DNA from: Octopus sinensis
Lineage: Eukaryota
Direction: 5' to 3'
Length of the DNA: 64,000 bases
Assembly: GCF_006345805.1 (NCBI RefSeq)
Contig: NC_043007.1
Location: 31,930,001-31,994,000 of the forward strand
The notes under the pieces are model-generated. The model made no database searches. It was not told the DNA's origin and worked only from the letters and a program-made list of their open reading frames with translations. Numbering within the stretch: position 1 is the first letter of the stretch; each line of letters opens with the position of its first letter. A program made the translations under genes and the position numbers. Below are positions 52,255-64,000 of this stretch, in pieces.

Positions 52255-52896
52255 TGAAAAACTTCGACCAAGATCAAAATGAAATATGGTTATGTGCAGA
52301 CCCTTCTGAAGTTCCAAGTGTTATGCATACAAAATTTCCTGAAACTGTCATAGTTTTAGGGGTTGTCAACAATGAAGGACATGTGATGCCTCCTTACTTC
52401 TTTCCACAAGGCCTTTGAGTTAATTCTGCCACCTATATTGAGGTCCTGGAAACAATTAAGCCCTGGATAGAGAGTGTATGCAATGGAAGGCCATATATGT
52501 TTCAGTAAGTCTCTGCACTGTCACACATGGCTCTAGTAACACAGGAATGGATAGCTGAAAATTTTTATGATCACATAACCCCTAATACTTGGCCTACTAA
52601 TTTCCCAGATCTCAATCCATTGGACTATTACATGTGGAGCATTGTTGAGAGAAGGTCAATGAACATGTCCATATCACCGAAGATTCTTTGAAAGATGCCA
52701 TAGTCAGAGTAATGTCCAAAATGAACCAGGACCACTTGATTCGAGCATGTGGTTGATTTAGATCTCATATAGAAGAAGGTGGCTTCATTGAATAACATTA
52801 TTTTTATCCTAATAGCATTTTTTGATAAATAAAGTTATCTGTTATTATATATCTATTTTTTATAAGCATAAATTTGTCCTCAAATATCTTACCCTG
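52255..52896 (+). pseudogene. Tc1/mariner-superfamily (maT, DD37D-type) transposase 3' relic
   Basis: Reads GHVMPPYFFPQGL*VN..KPWI..YMFQ*V..WPTNFPDLNPLDYYMWS. There are 37 residues between the mutated second D position and the PLD aspartate. The relic ends ..ACCCTG|TA. Confidence 0.8.
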
Positions 52897-53294
52897 TATA
52901 TGACAGAAAAACCAGGAAACCTACCTTATGCTTCCTACAGAGTATTGTGGACTAACCATGACCAAATGACATTAAACATCATACAAATAATTAACATTTC
53001 ATCTATCAAACCCATTTTACACCATATTTTCTTTTGTGCCATTGGCCTAATTATGCCCTTTTTTAATCATATATCTGTTTTAGCTCACAATATAAACTAT
53101 GACAGATTTATAGCATAGGTGTCAGCAGTGACATCCCACAGTTCAGAGCAAATATTATATTCATTCTGGACTGCAGGTGTTGCAGGTGGTAGACAAGGTA
53201 AGCAAAATGTTGAAGTCTAAACAAAACCAATATTTCAAGACAGAGAGAAAAAAAAAATCTAAAGATATAGTAACAATACATGTAATTAATTATA

Positions 53295-53548
53295 TTTCGT
53301 TTTTGGATTTGGTTTGCAAGATTCTTTATATGAGTTCATGTGTTGAAGCATATTCTGTTGTGTCTGGGGAGAGTCATTTTCTTTTTGTGCCTTATAATGT
53401 AACACACACACCAGTAAAATTTCCACTTTTTTCTTATTTTTATTTTCCTAAAATTTTCGTTGCGTCTTGCAACCTTTTCAATAGTTTTGAGTGTGTTAAA
53501 TTATAAGGCACAAAAAGAAAATGACTCTCCCCAGACACAACAGAATAA
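53295..53548. mobile_element. Palindromic element with a U3-A8 hammerhead-like core
   Basis: Arms at about 53352-53410 and 53490-53547. Minus strand 53448-53484 reads CUA-UUGAAAA-G-GUUGC-AAGAC-GCAAC-GAAA-AUUU-UAG. Confidence 0.7.
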
Positions 53549-53588
53549 TTAATTATAACTTGAAATAAAACACAGAAAACGGTTTTAC

Positions 53589-53797
53589 CTGTAAGAAGTC
53601 AGAGCAAATGGCAGCAATGAGATAATCTTTTCCCATTTCACAGAAAATTGGAGAGTGTAGCAACTGAAGAAATTCTTCTCGTAAAAAATGTAAAGCTTGC
53701 CGATGGACCCACTGAGACCCATGGGGTTCAGAACTCCATGTCAAAATAGAACTTAAATTTTCTACAGCAATACTTTCTACAATTATATCTTCACAAC
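53589..53797 (-). CDS. BTBD7: BTBD7 internal exon (BACK domain start); upstream exons not found in the window
   Basis: TTTCAG| acceptor and CAG|GTAAAA donor; 209 nt, phase 1 to 0; GCEDIIVESI..WSSEPHGSQWVHRQALHFLREEF..SDFLQ. Confidence 0.93.
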
Positions 53798-55454
53798 CTG
53801 AAAATAGAAACAAGAGAAAATATAAACTGATGAAAGTGATATCCAGTCGAGATAAAACAGCAAGATGGATAATACTGGTAAGAGGCCACACATTTGTAGA
53901 GGGAGGCATTTAATTGATTGAATTAACTCCAATTTATGACTGGTACATGTTTTGTTTACTCAGATCACAGAGGCTCAAACTAAATACCGCAAGGCATTTT
54001 ATTATTTCTTCCAACCTATTGTCCTAGATACATGTATTCTCTCACTGGTTTCAGTCATTAGATGGCAGCCATGCAGGTGAACCCCCTGCAACATATTTTT
54101 ACTTGGTTTTATCGACCTTGGTCCTTATTTCATTGATCTGGAAAGGAGTCATAAGGTCAAAATTAGAAATGGTGCATCACATCAATAAGAGAGAGAGAGC
54201 ATAGGACCCAGGTATTAGTCAGCTCAGATATAGGGGTATGCACAGTTGCAGTGCATCATTGCATCTACCACTTGTCTGCATTTGCTCAGGTTGTCCCAAG
54301 CAATTCTCCCAGTGGGGTCCCAGTGAGTCTCCATCTCTGCGAAATACTTCCTCATCCATTATGACTATGTGGCATGAGGATGACCAACGTGAGCCATCAC
54401 CCAGGCCAGATCTTCAGTGAAGAGGACACAACACGCAGGATCCCACTTGAAAAATCAAGAAAACTGACCAAACAGTCTGAGTCAACAACAAACTCCAAAT
54501 CATGCAACTAACAGGACACATCCCCACAAAATCCTACCAAAGGTGACCTGCAATCCTGTGAAGCATCCTGGTGCCAAAGGAGTCCAGGTGGTCTCTAAGG
54601 GCTCCAAACAGTGTCCAAGTCTTGCAACTATAGAGCAAGACAGGAAAGACCAGAGACCTGAAGACCCCGAATCATTGTCCTCCTGCTCAAATATTAATAG
54701 CACCAAACACCCTTGTCCAGTGAGTCCACAACTGCGCCAACACATCCAGTCACAGCAAATACTGCTGTGGATCATACGGCTGAGGTAAGTGAAGCAGTCT
54801 AGAGCTTTGTCCATACTCTTAGGAAGCACAATTTCATTATCAGTAATATAACGATGGTTTGGCAATTATTTAAAATAAGTGTATGTACTAGAGCATAGTT
54901 CAGAGAGGGTCACTTTAATTTTGCTGAGCACTTGACAAGTGTTCTCATGCTGATGTCACAATAAAACGCACCCTGTGTCTGCTATAAAGTGGCTGACATA
55001 AGGAGAGAAATCCAGCAATAAAAACCTCACCAAAATGGAATATATGAACCAGAATATGGTTCTCTGACGCATTTAAGCAGGCAGTAATTCTGAATAAGAA
55101 CTGACTCAGATGTGATGACACGTCCACCTCATGTCAATGTGTAAGGTGGATGTAAAATGATGATGAGGAGGAGGATACACATCATATTTAATTGTGAAGC
55201 AAGGGAAGATGTTTTTGCGAGGGCAGGAGTGACATCATTTTCGTGTTGCTTTTTACACTTTTATGATGCTGATGATGATGCATCAAAGGAATCTGAAAAA
55301 TATTCTGAAGATGATTTTCTGCAAATGGACAGGCATCAGCTGTCATATGAATGCAATTTGTTCTGGAAGTCAGACGTGTCTATAGAGAGAAGAATGTAAA
55401 AGCGATTCATATATATATATATATATACTTTATTTAAAGCAGCAAAAAATTCAA

Positions 55455-55503
55455 CAAAACCTGTTACTCTGAGTTTCCCGTTGCCGTTCATCGGACAGTT
55501 TTG
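55455..55503 (-). ncRNA. Minimal hammerhead ribozyme-like motif
   Basis: CAAAACUGU-CCGAUGA-ACGGCAACGG-GAAA-CUCAGAG-UA-ACAGGUUUUG, lying between (TA)n tracts. Confidence 0.6.
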
Positions 55504-55630
55504 TTTGGATTATATATATATATATATATAATCCAAACATGAAAACACAAAGAGAAAACACAACAACGCGAGGACGTGGAACAAGTATAGTATTATTGGA
55601 CGCTCAGGAAAGGAAAGAAAGAAGGAGGAT

Positions 55631-55662
55631 TTTAACGTTTCGAGAGGAGCTCTTGTCAGAAA
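55631..55662 (-). ncRNA. Minimal hammerhead ribozyme-like motif (decayed)
   Basis: UUU-CUGACAA-GAG(CUCCU)CUC-GAAACGUU-AAA, with a palindromic AACGUU stem III. Confidence 0.5.
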
Positions 55663-58600
55663 CATAGGAAAGGAAAGATCCGAGGAAGGGAAGACGGAGG
55701 AAAAAAAAATTGCCAAAGTTTCAACTTTGGTACAAATCAGCTGTGGATTCTGCCAAAGCATCGACAATTACTATACAGCATCCAGTTTCACCTCATGTGA
55801 GACAAACTATGACTGGGACCCGGCTCTAAAAAAGCTACATGGTGTGTGTACATGGAGAATTCAAGATTACGTGTGTCACTTTCTTTCTACATGACTGCCG
55901 CTAGCCACTGGCCAAACAGCATCTTTTATCCAAATTCATATCTATGCTGCAGACATTCAAACCAGACATCAAATGTACATTGTAAACAACATCTGCATGA
56001 GGCCAAATACTTCTACGGGGCTTGTTGAACGACTACTTGACCATCTGCATATCGCAATACCATCTCATGTAACAGATGGCATGCAACCTCAAATTCCATA
56101 TTGTTTCTCAAATAGCAACCATTTGACATGGGACAGGAGAAAAAACCAACAACGGAAATTGTTTTATATAAAGATGGTCAAAGTTTGTTAACAAATTAGT
56201 TGAGTGAATAAGGATTCTGATCCACTGCACTTTGATCTCATGTTGCCAAGAGAAAAGGATGGTCAGGGCAGGATGCTTATAGATGTAAGTGGTTGCAAAA
56301 AGGATGCAGGTGAACTATTATGTATACAGGATGATGCATTAGGTCAACGACTTCAAAATAATTCTGTTGAGAGCAAAATTCCATTGCTGATAGCTATTAC
56401 TAAGTCGAAGGATGGCTTTGATGGGTGTGAAATAATTAACAGATATTTATGTGTTTGTTTTGCAAGATTCTTCACATGAAACCCATGTGTTGAAACAGAT
56501 ATTGTTATACGTGAAGATGGTTGTTTTGCCAATAAACACATGCACTATTTATAGTTCTTTCATCGCACATTTTTTGTCTTTCGAAATGGAACAGAGAGGA
56601 CAAAACCAGAGAGACAAGGAGACACAAGGAACAGAAGGTCATTGAAGAGGTCACACAGAATGTGTTATGCAAGAAATCTGACAAACTGATAATAATAATA
56701 ATAAAGCTAAAGTGAAGATCAAATAAATAATTAACATCATCATTTAACGTCCATTTTCCATGCTGGCATGGGTTGGATGGTTTGACTGGGGACTGGCAAG
56801 CCAGGAGGCTGCACTAGGCTCCAATCTGATCTGGCAAGGTTCCTACAGCTGGATGCCCTTCCTAACACCAACCACTCCAAGAGTGTAGTGGGTGGCTTTT
56901 ACGTGCCACCGGCACAGGAGCCAGTCAGGCAGGCTTGGCATCGATCACATGTGGATGGTGCTTTTTACGTGCCACCAGCACAGGAGCCAATCAGAGGGTA
57001 CTGGCATCGGCCACATCATATATAATGCGTATGTTTATTGGCAAAATTACCATCTCCAAATATAACAACCAACAAATACTAAAAACAGAATGTTACCAAA
57101 GAGTAACAGATTAAGTACCAAGAAACAGTTTAAAGAGCCTCACTGCCAACTTTGTTGCGCATTTACCTCCTTTCATTGAAGGTTCTTAAGTTCTACAAAA
57201 TAAACTTGTTATTACCAAATCTGACAAAGAAACACTCTGTTATAAAATCACTGATTTCTTTGACGATGATGATAATGATGATGACAACAAACTATACTTA
57301 TCTAAAGGAATTCCTGTAAATGGCCTCAACTTGGAGGAGTGCTGTTTCCCTGCACCTCCCACACATACACTTTGACTGATTTTCTATTAGCTAATATTAA
57401 TTTAAACAAGGCTTTAAAATGGAACAAGAATTTGAATGAAGTATTTATGGAGGCACAGGCATGATAAGAAGTTTACTGCCCAATCATATGGTCCTAGGTT
57501 CAGTCCCACTGTACGACACCTTAGGCAAGAGTTTTCTACTATAGCCTTGAATCAATTAAAGCCTTGTGAGAGGATTTGGTAGACAGAAACTGAAAGAATC
57601 CCATCATGTATGTGTGTGTGTGTAAATGTGTATATACCCATATGTAAATGTAAGTTTGTGTGAATGTGTTACTGTTTCCTCATCGTGACATTCCATGATA
57701 GTCATAAATGAGTTTTACCCTTATACCTGTGATGTCCTTCAAGTCTGATCATGGGGAAATATTACCTCACTTGGGAAACAGGAGAAGGTTGGCAACAGGA
57801 AGGGCATTCAGCCATGGAAAAACTGCCTCAACAAATTCTGTCTTATCTATGCGAGCATGGAAAAGTGGACATTAAAATGATGATAAAGATGATGATGATT
57901 TAGATGAACATATAACTGAAGGTGACCTTATTACAGACAGGAGTGAACATCATCGTTTAACGTCCGCTTTCCATGCTGGCATGAGTTGGACGGTTTGACT
58001 CAGGACTAGTGAAACAGATGGCTGCACCCAGGCTCCAATCTGATCTGGGAGAGTTTCTACAGCTGGATGCCCTTCCTAACGCCAACCACTCATTATGAAG
58101 AAACATATCGCTGTGCCAAGAACTGAACTGAGACCTTCTAACAATTCACTCTCACAGGATTACAGCTTCCATTTCAAGCGGCATTCACAAATGACATAAA
58201 TTTCAATGTCAATTATTGAAAAAAAAACTGTTTTTCCCAACTGTGCATAATTCTCTGCAGAGAATTACACAGGTTGCTGCAGGGATCTTTTACTCATTTC
58301 AGTCATTGGACTGCAGCCATGCTGGAGCACCACCTTCAAGGGATTTAGTCAAACAAAACTAAACCCCAGTGTTTATTTTTAAGCACGGTGCTTATTTTAT
58401 CAGTCTCTTTGCTGAACTGCTAATGCTTATGATGATGCATACAAACTACCACCTGTTGTCAAGTGGTGGAGGGGACAACACACACACACACACACACACA
58501 GTAGGATTCCACACAGTTTCCATCTACCAATTTCACTCACAAAGCACAGATTGGCTTTGGGCTATAGAAGATACATGGCCAAGGTGCTGGGACCGAACTT

Positions 58601-61600
58601 GAAACCACATGGTTGCAAAAATGTGCCTAACAGTGGCAACAAAAGCTGAATAAAGCACAAGCAGGCAAACTCATCGTTACTCTAATTACTATATTTCATA
58701 AACAGCATTTAGCCTATACAAGATTCAGTTCCTTAAGATATTTGCCTCTTACTAAATACATAGAAAGGTCAAACCTAAATGCTAAACTCTTCAAATTGCC
58801 ATTTTCTAATAAGTTATTATAGAAACCTTTAGCCTCTGATTTCAGAATAGAGAAAAACAAACTATATAACACTAGAGCTAGTAACAGTCACAGCTTGGAA
58901 AAATAAATTCCTGATTCTGTCTTTCAAATCTTAAACTAAAATGTTACACTTGAGTGTATGTGTTATGAAACAGAATCTTAATCAACCAAAGATAGAAGAT
59001 TGTATGGGGCTAAAGTAAATATATTATTAATGTACAGCTGAAGACTTACTTCTTCATGAAGAGGAAGCCATTATCACTTGTTAATTGTATACATCACCCC
59101 TACACAGTGCAGCAAACAATTCTAATATTTTACCCCTGAAATTAGGGCATCCAACAAAACAAACAAACAAACAAATAATTCTGTTTATCAATGACAGTGT
59201 ACTTATATACATAATGTCATCATTTAATGTCTGTTTTCTGTGCCGGTGGAATGGATTGGATGATTTAACAGGAACCGGTGAACCTGAAGATTGTACCAAG
59301 TCCCAATGTGTGTGCTTTGGCATGGCTTCTACAGCTGGATGCCTTTCCTAATGCCACTTAACAGAGTATACTGGGTGCTTTTTTATGTGACACCAGCAAG
59401 GGTCCTCATAACTTGCAAAGCAAGACTCCTTGACTAAGGGAGTGGGGAGTGTAGTGATGAGGGTGGGGTGGGGGGCATTACGCCAGGTGATGAGAGGCTT
59501 AAGTTATGATAGAAGGACGGAAACAGGTGTTTAGCTGCAGGGAGACATATGGCTACCCCAGTTGGAAAAGAGAGAGAGGGAGAGAGAGAGAGAAGAAGTT
59601 GGTGGTGAAGATGTAGGGAGTGGTACAGAGGAATGGATGGGGGGGTGAGGAGGTAAGTTTGCAAGAATGCAAAAGGAAAGCAGGGGGAGGGGGATAAAGG
59701 GGAGGGGAATGTAGTGAGTGGGAAATATGGGTGAAGGGTGGGGGTGGGTGGGCGGTTGCTAAGAAGAGGAGTTGTGTGAGAGGGATTTGTCAGGAACATA
59801 GACATGAATAGGAAGCCTTTAGGGCCTAATTCTGCTTAGATGGAAATATAGAAAATAAATAAACCAGCTCCATGTACAAACCTAGTTTTCGTGTTGAAAC
59901 AAATCTGAGAACAAATGTACTTGAAAAAGGACTTTCAGAGTCACAACAATAAACACGAATGTGAAATTATTTAGGAAACTCGTAAATTAAAATTTTTACT
60001 GAAATATTTTTATGATTTATCTCCTTTTAAAATGTTGGGAGTTTTTTTTTTCTTTTTTTCTACTGATTTCAAAAATAAGGGTTGATACACTAATCTAGCA
60101 AGTTCCTTTCACAACCATCAAATCTTTTATTTGAATTTAAGTAAGTGTACATTCATATCGAGCTGTTTTGCTATGTAAGTAAAAGAAAAAAAACAATAAT
60201 AAAAATGGGAAAATTAAAAACTGAGAAGCGGTTTTTCATCTGTCCAAATGTATTTATGATGTTTTAAGGGTCGAAACTGAATAAAACCTGTATGATAGGA
60301 TTAACTGAAAATATTGTTGTAATTTCATTATATCACTTTCAAATTTTGGCCCCCAAGGTCAGCAATTACAGGGAAGTGTGCAACCTTGAAAAGATGAAAG
60401 ACAAAGTGACCTCAGAGGCATTTGAACTCAAAATGTAAAATTGGAAGAAATGTCATTAAGCACTTTTTACATTGCTGTAACGAACCGCTAAGTTACAGGG
60501 GGCGTAAACACACCAGCATCGGTTGTCAAGCGATGTGGGGCAAACACAGACAGACACACACACATATACATCAGGCTTCTTTCAGTTTCCGTCTACCAAA
60601 TCCACTCACGAGGCTTAGGTTGGCCCGAGGCTAGTAGAAGACACTTGCCCAAGGTGCCACACAGTGGGACTGAACTCGGAACCATGTGGTTTCAGCCACT
60701 CCTACACCTGTTGAAGTGAATCTAACAGTTTTTGTGTCTTTTTAAATGGCTTATAAACACCTCCCATGCTGCAATTGTTTGAAGAGAACTGTCCCTCAGA
60801 AATTCTATGTTGGTGTCCATCATGCTTGAAGACCACTGGGGGAGTGGAGTACCCCTTTGCTTTTGTCAAAGTAGGTCTCTAGAACTTGCTTCAAACCCAG
60901 GCTACATCTGCTCCTATAATCGGCAGTGACTCGGTCAGTGAATCTTCTGCAATGGTCAATAATCAACTGCAAGATGAACTGCTAAGGATCCCACTATCAC
61001 AAATTGTGTGTGCATGTGAACGTGGACCACATACATGTGAACTTGTATTCCCAGTGAAACTTCAAACGTGAACTTATTGGTTGGAAATGGCTCAACTCAC
61101 CCTGGGTAAATGTAGCCACAAGTGCAGATACAAGTACTACAATATAAAGGGACTCGTTAATTTAGTCATGCAGTTGGTATAACCTTTTAATTAAAAATTA
61201 TAGCACTGTCTATTTGAGCAATTCTAAAATATCTCAATCTGAGTAAATGTCCTAAAAACAAGTATGTGAATGTTCTGAATTAAGATAAAATAGATAATGA
61301 AATAATAATAATAATAATAATAAATGGCTTGTTGAGATTAAATATTTTCTGATAAGTAGTCAATATTTTTATCAATAAAAGGAGAAAAAAGAAGCAACAA
61401 TGATGCTGGAAAAATAGTAAATGTTCAGTAATGGCAACTGTTATTGATATGACTATTCTTTATTGAGAAACTATAGTTGTAGTTCAACTTTTACTCCGAT
61501 GGTCGAAGAGAAAAGGCGGCTGATAGCGAGATAGGAGAGGTCAGTAATGATTCAGATCAAGCCAAATCGGTACTTGTTAATCTATTTCCAGTGGGAAATA

Positions 61601-63185
61601 ATATTTTCTTTTAGTTTTGTTTTGTTTGTTTTTTTGTTGTTTTTGTTTGTTTTTTTAGATATTTTTTATTTATTTATTTTTTTGAAATGCTCCAAAATAA
61701 TAGAATAGATCAATAGAAGGGCAAGTTTTATGAGCTAATTACATTTTCACAAATGAAAGAAATCCACCATTGCTATTACTAATACTACAAAGCAACATTT
61801 TAACAGACACAACTGTTAAAACAGAAAAATAACTGTGCCTTACCAAATTCTTTTCCATCAATTTATAATCAATACTAGTTATTGGTCAGGCTGCACTCTA
61901 AGGTTATGGATGGATGATTGTTGCAAGACAGGAACCTATAAACCATGTTCAAACAACAGTTCTTCTGTTGAATCTATTTATTGATGAACCTGATAAAGTG
62001 GTTCACAATGAAAGCTAATAAACTGTTTCCAGGCAAAGATAACCGAGAATGTCTGGTGTGGAACAGAGCCAGGCTGCAGTAACATCATATCCTAATTTCT
62101 TTACTGAATAAGTGGCAGTCCATCGGTTACAGTGACAAGGGTTCCAGTCGATCTGATCATGAAATTAATGTGCAAGTGGCTGAGTACTCCACAGACGTGT
62201 GTACACTTAATATAAGTGGCAAGGCTGGTCCTTTGAAATTACAGGTACAACTCATTTTTACCAGCCGAGTGGACTGGAGGAATGTGAAATAAAGTGTCTT
62301 GCTCAAGGACATAACATGCTGCCAGGAACTGAACTCATGACCTTACAATTACGAGCCAGATATCCTAACTACTAAGCCACTTTCTCTTTACTGGGTGAGG
62401 AATCCCACAAAATACAGAAAGACAGAAAATTCCTATTATTAACTCTAGCGAGGTCATTGCCAGTACCGCCTGACCGGGCATGTAAAAGCACCCACTACAC
62501 TCTCGGAGTGGTCAGCGTTAGGAAGGGCATCCAGCTTTAGAAACTCTGCCAGATCAAGGAATTGAAGCCTGGTGCAGCCATCTGGTTCGCCAGCCCTCAG
62601 TCATTCGTCCAACCCATGCTAGCATGGAAAGCGGACGTTAAACGATGAACGAGATGGAAAAACAATATAAATAAATAAATAACCATCCTACACAAGAACT
62701 GGGATTAGAAATTTGAATTTCTAACACCTCTATTTCTGTGCTTGCATGAGTAAGATGGAATTTATTGAGGTAGGTTTTCTATGGCTGGATGCCCTTCCTG
62801 TTGCTAACTTTCATCCGTTTCCAATCAAGGTAACAACATTTCCCCATAACCAGACATATTTGCCAAAGTTGAGTGGAAACAAACAAACATCACTTATATT
62901 AATAATCATGTGGTACATGGGTATACACATGGACAGACACGGATACACACACACACACACACTTATGCATACACATGATGGGCATCTTCAGTTTCCATCA
63001 ACCAAATCCACTCACAAGACTTTGGTCAACCCGGGGCTATTATAGAAAATGCTTGCCCAAGTTTCCACACAGTGGGACAGAACCTGAGACCCCATGTTTA
63101 AGAAGAAAGCTTCTTAACCACTCAGCCAGGCTTTTATGTTTAAACTATCAAATTTTGAAATCAGAAAAAAAAGAATATATATCAA

Positions 63186-63406
63186 CCCTTTAGCATTTAA
63201 ACCAACCATATGTGACCCAAATATTCTACTTGTTTTATGCTCAAACCTACCGGATCTGGCCTCTTACACATACCCCACAATGCCATTCTAAAAATATATA
63301 CAATCACATCATCAAAATTTCAAAGCTCCAAGATAATGGATGATTAATACAAAACTGATTAAATAAGCACCAGATTTGACAGAGTAATCTGAATGCTTTT
63401 AAAGGG
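63186..63406. mobile_element. piggyBac-type MITE (family 2)
   Basis: CCCTTTAGCATT...AATGCTTTTAAAGGG, flanked by TCAA on both sides. Confidence 0.75.
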
Positions 63407-64000
63407 TCAATTTACATCTGTTTTAAATAGAGAAGGGGTTTAGGGATGACAACTAAAGGTCGAATTGAGAAATATATATTCTACTGCAAATTTTAATATA
63501 TAAATATTAGGTTATCTAATCAATCTTGGGGCTTATTGGAACGGCAGACAATCACATGGAAATGGTGGCTTGCAAAACAATTCATTACCACAAAATTCCT
63601 TTGTTTAAAAAAAATACATTAAGGCATGTAATGATTAAAAAATGTATTTCTTTTTAACTGCTCTGTATCGACATATTGATTTTCAAGCAGTTAATCCTTA
63701 CCATTCAATCCATATACAATCTACAACATTCAAAAGTTATGGATTAAAAATAAAAATCTCTCCACAGTAGTTTCTAAGTTCTTATGTCCTCAATAGTGAT
63801 TTGTCTTAATTTGCAGAAGAATAAATACAAAAAAAAAAAAAAAGAAAAAAATAAGTTGAATATTCTGTTTTGGCAATAACTATTAACATCGTTGTTACCA
63901 TTAACTACCATTAATTTCATCAAGTTTCATCTCTACTTTTTTCAAGTGGACATAGATTGTTTTGTCGGAACGTTTGTTCTTTTTCACTCTGCAGCTAGAC

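Larger units (their letters stand above)
54230..56680. mobile_element. Heavily degenerate LINE fragments
   Basis: Scattered RT thumb-like peptide remnants (e.g. ALDCFTYLSRMI) with many stop codons. Confidence 0.45.

Noticed and set aside
61844-61935. Possible further BTBD7 exon (TTTATAG..TTG|GTAAGG, minus strand)
   Set aside because: Stop codons in all three frames, a weak pyrimidine tract and no BTBD7-like peptide.

Overview
AT-rich, repeat-dense animal genomic DNA. The SINE/LINE repertoire and the (TA)n/(CA)n load look like an octopod cephalopod (Octopus-like); this is inferred, not database-checked. There are two spliced genes, both on the minus strand. One is the 3' half of a BTBD7 orthologue (six phase-consistent GT-AG exons, 53797 down to the stop at 28875, probably followed by a long 3'UTR). 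The other is the first coding exon of PARP1 (7304-7185), which the ORF track misses, together with its CpG-rich promoter. The rest is RTE- and CR1-type LINE debris, tRNA-derived SINEs, piggyBac/hAT/Tc1-type MITEs, a DD37D transposase relic and minisatellites. The most striking signal is a set of at least six unrelated non-coding element families, mostly palindromic and often sitting in (TA)n tracts, that carry minimal type-I hammerhead ribozyme motifs of the Penelope-like/retrozyme kind. These include a 1.25-kb near-perfect palindrome with two intact hammerheads about 0.6 kb upstream of the PARP1 ATG. Two families have non-canonical cores with compensatory changes at the C3-G8 tertiary pair (G3-C8 and U3-A8). 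All folds were worked out by eye, and repeat boundaries are approximate.
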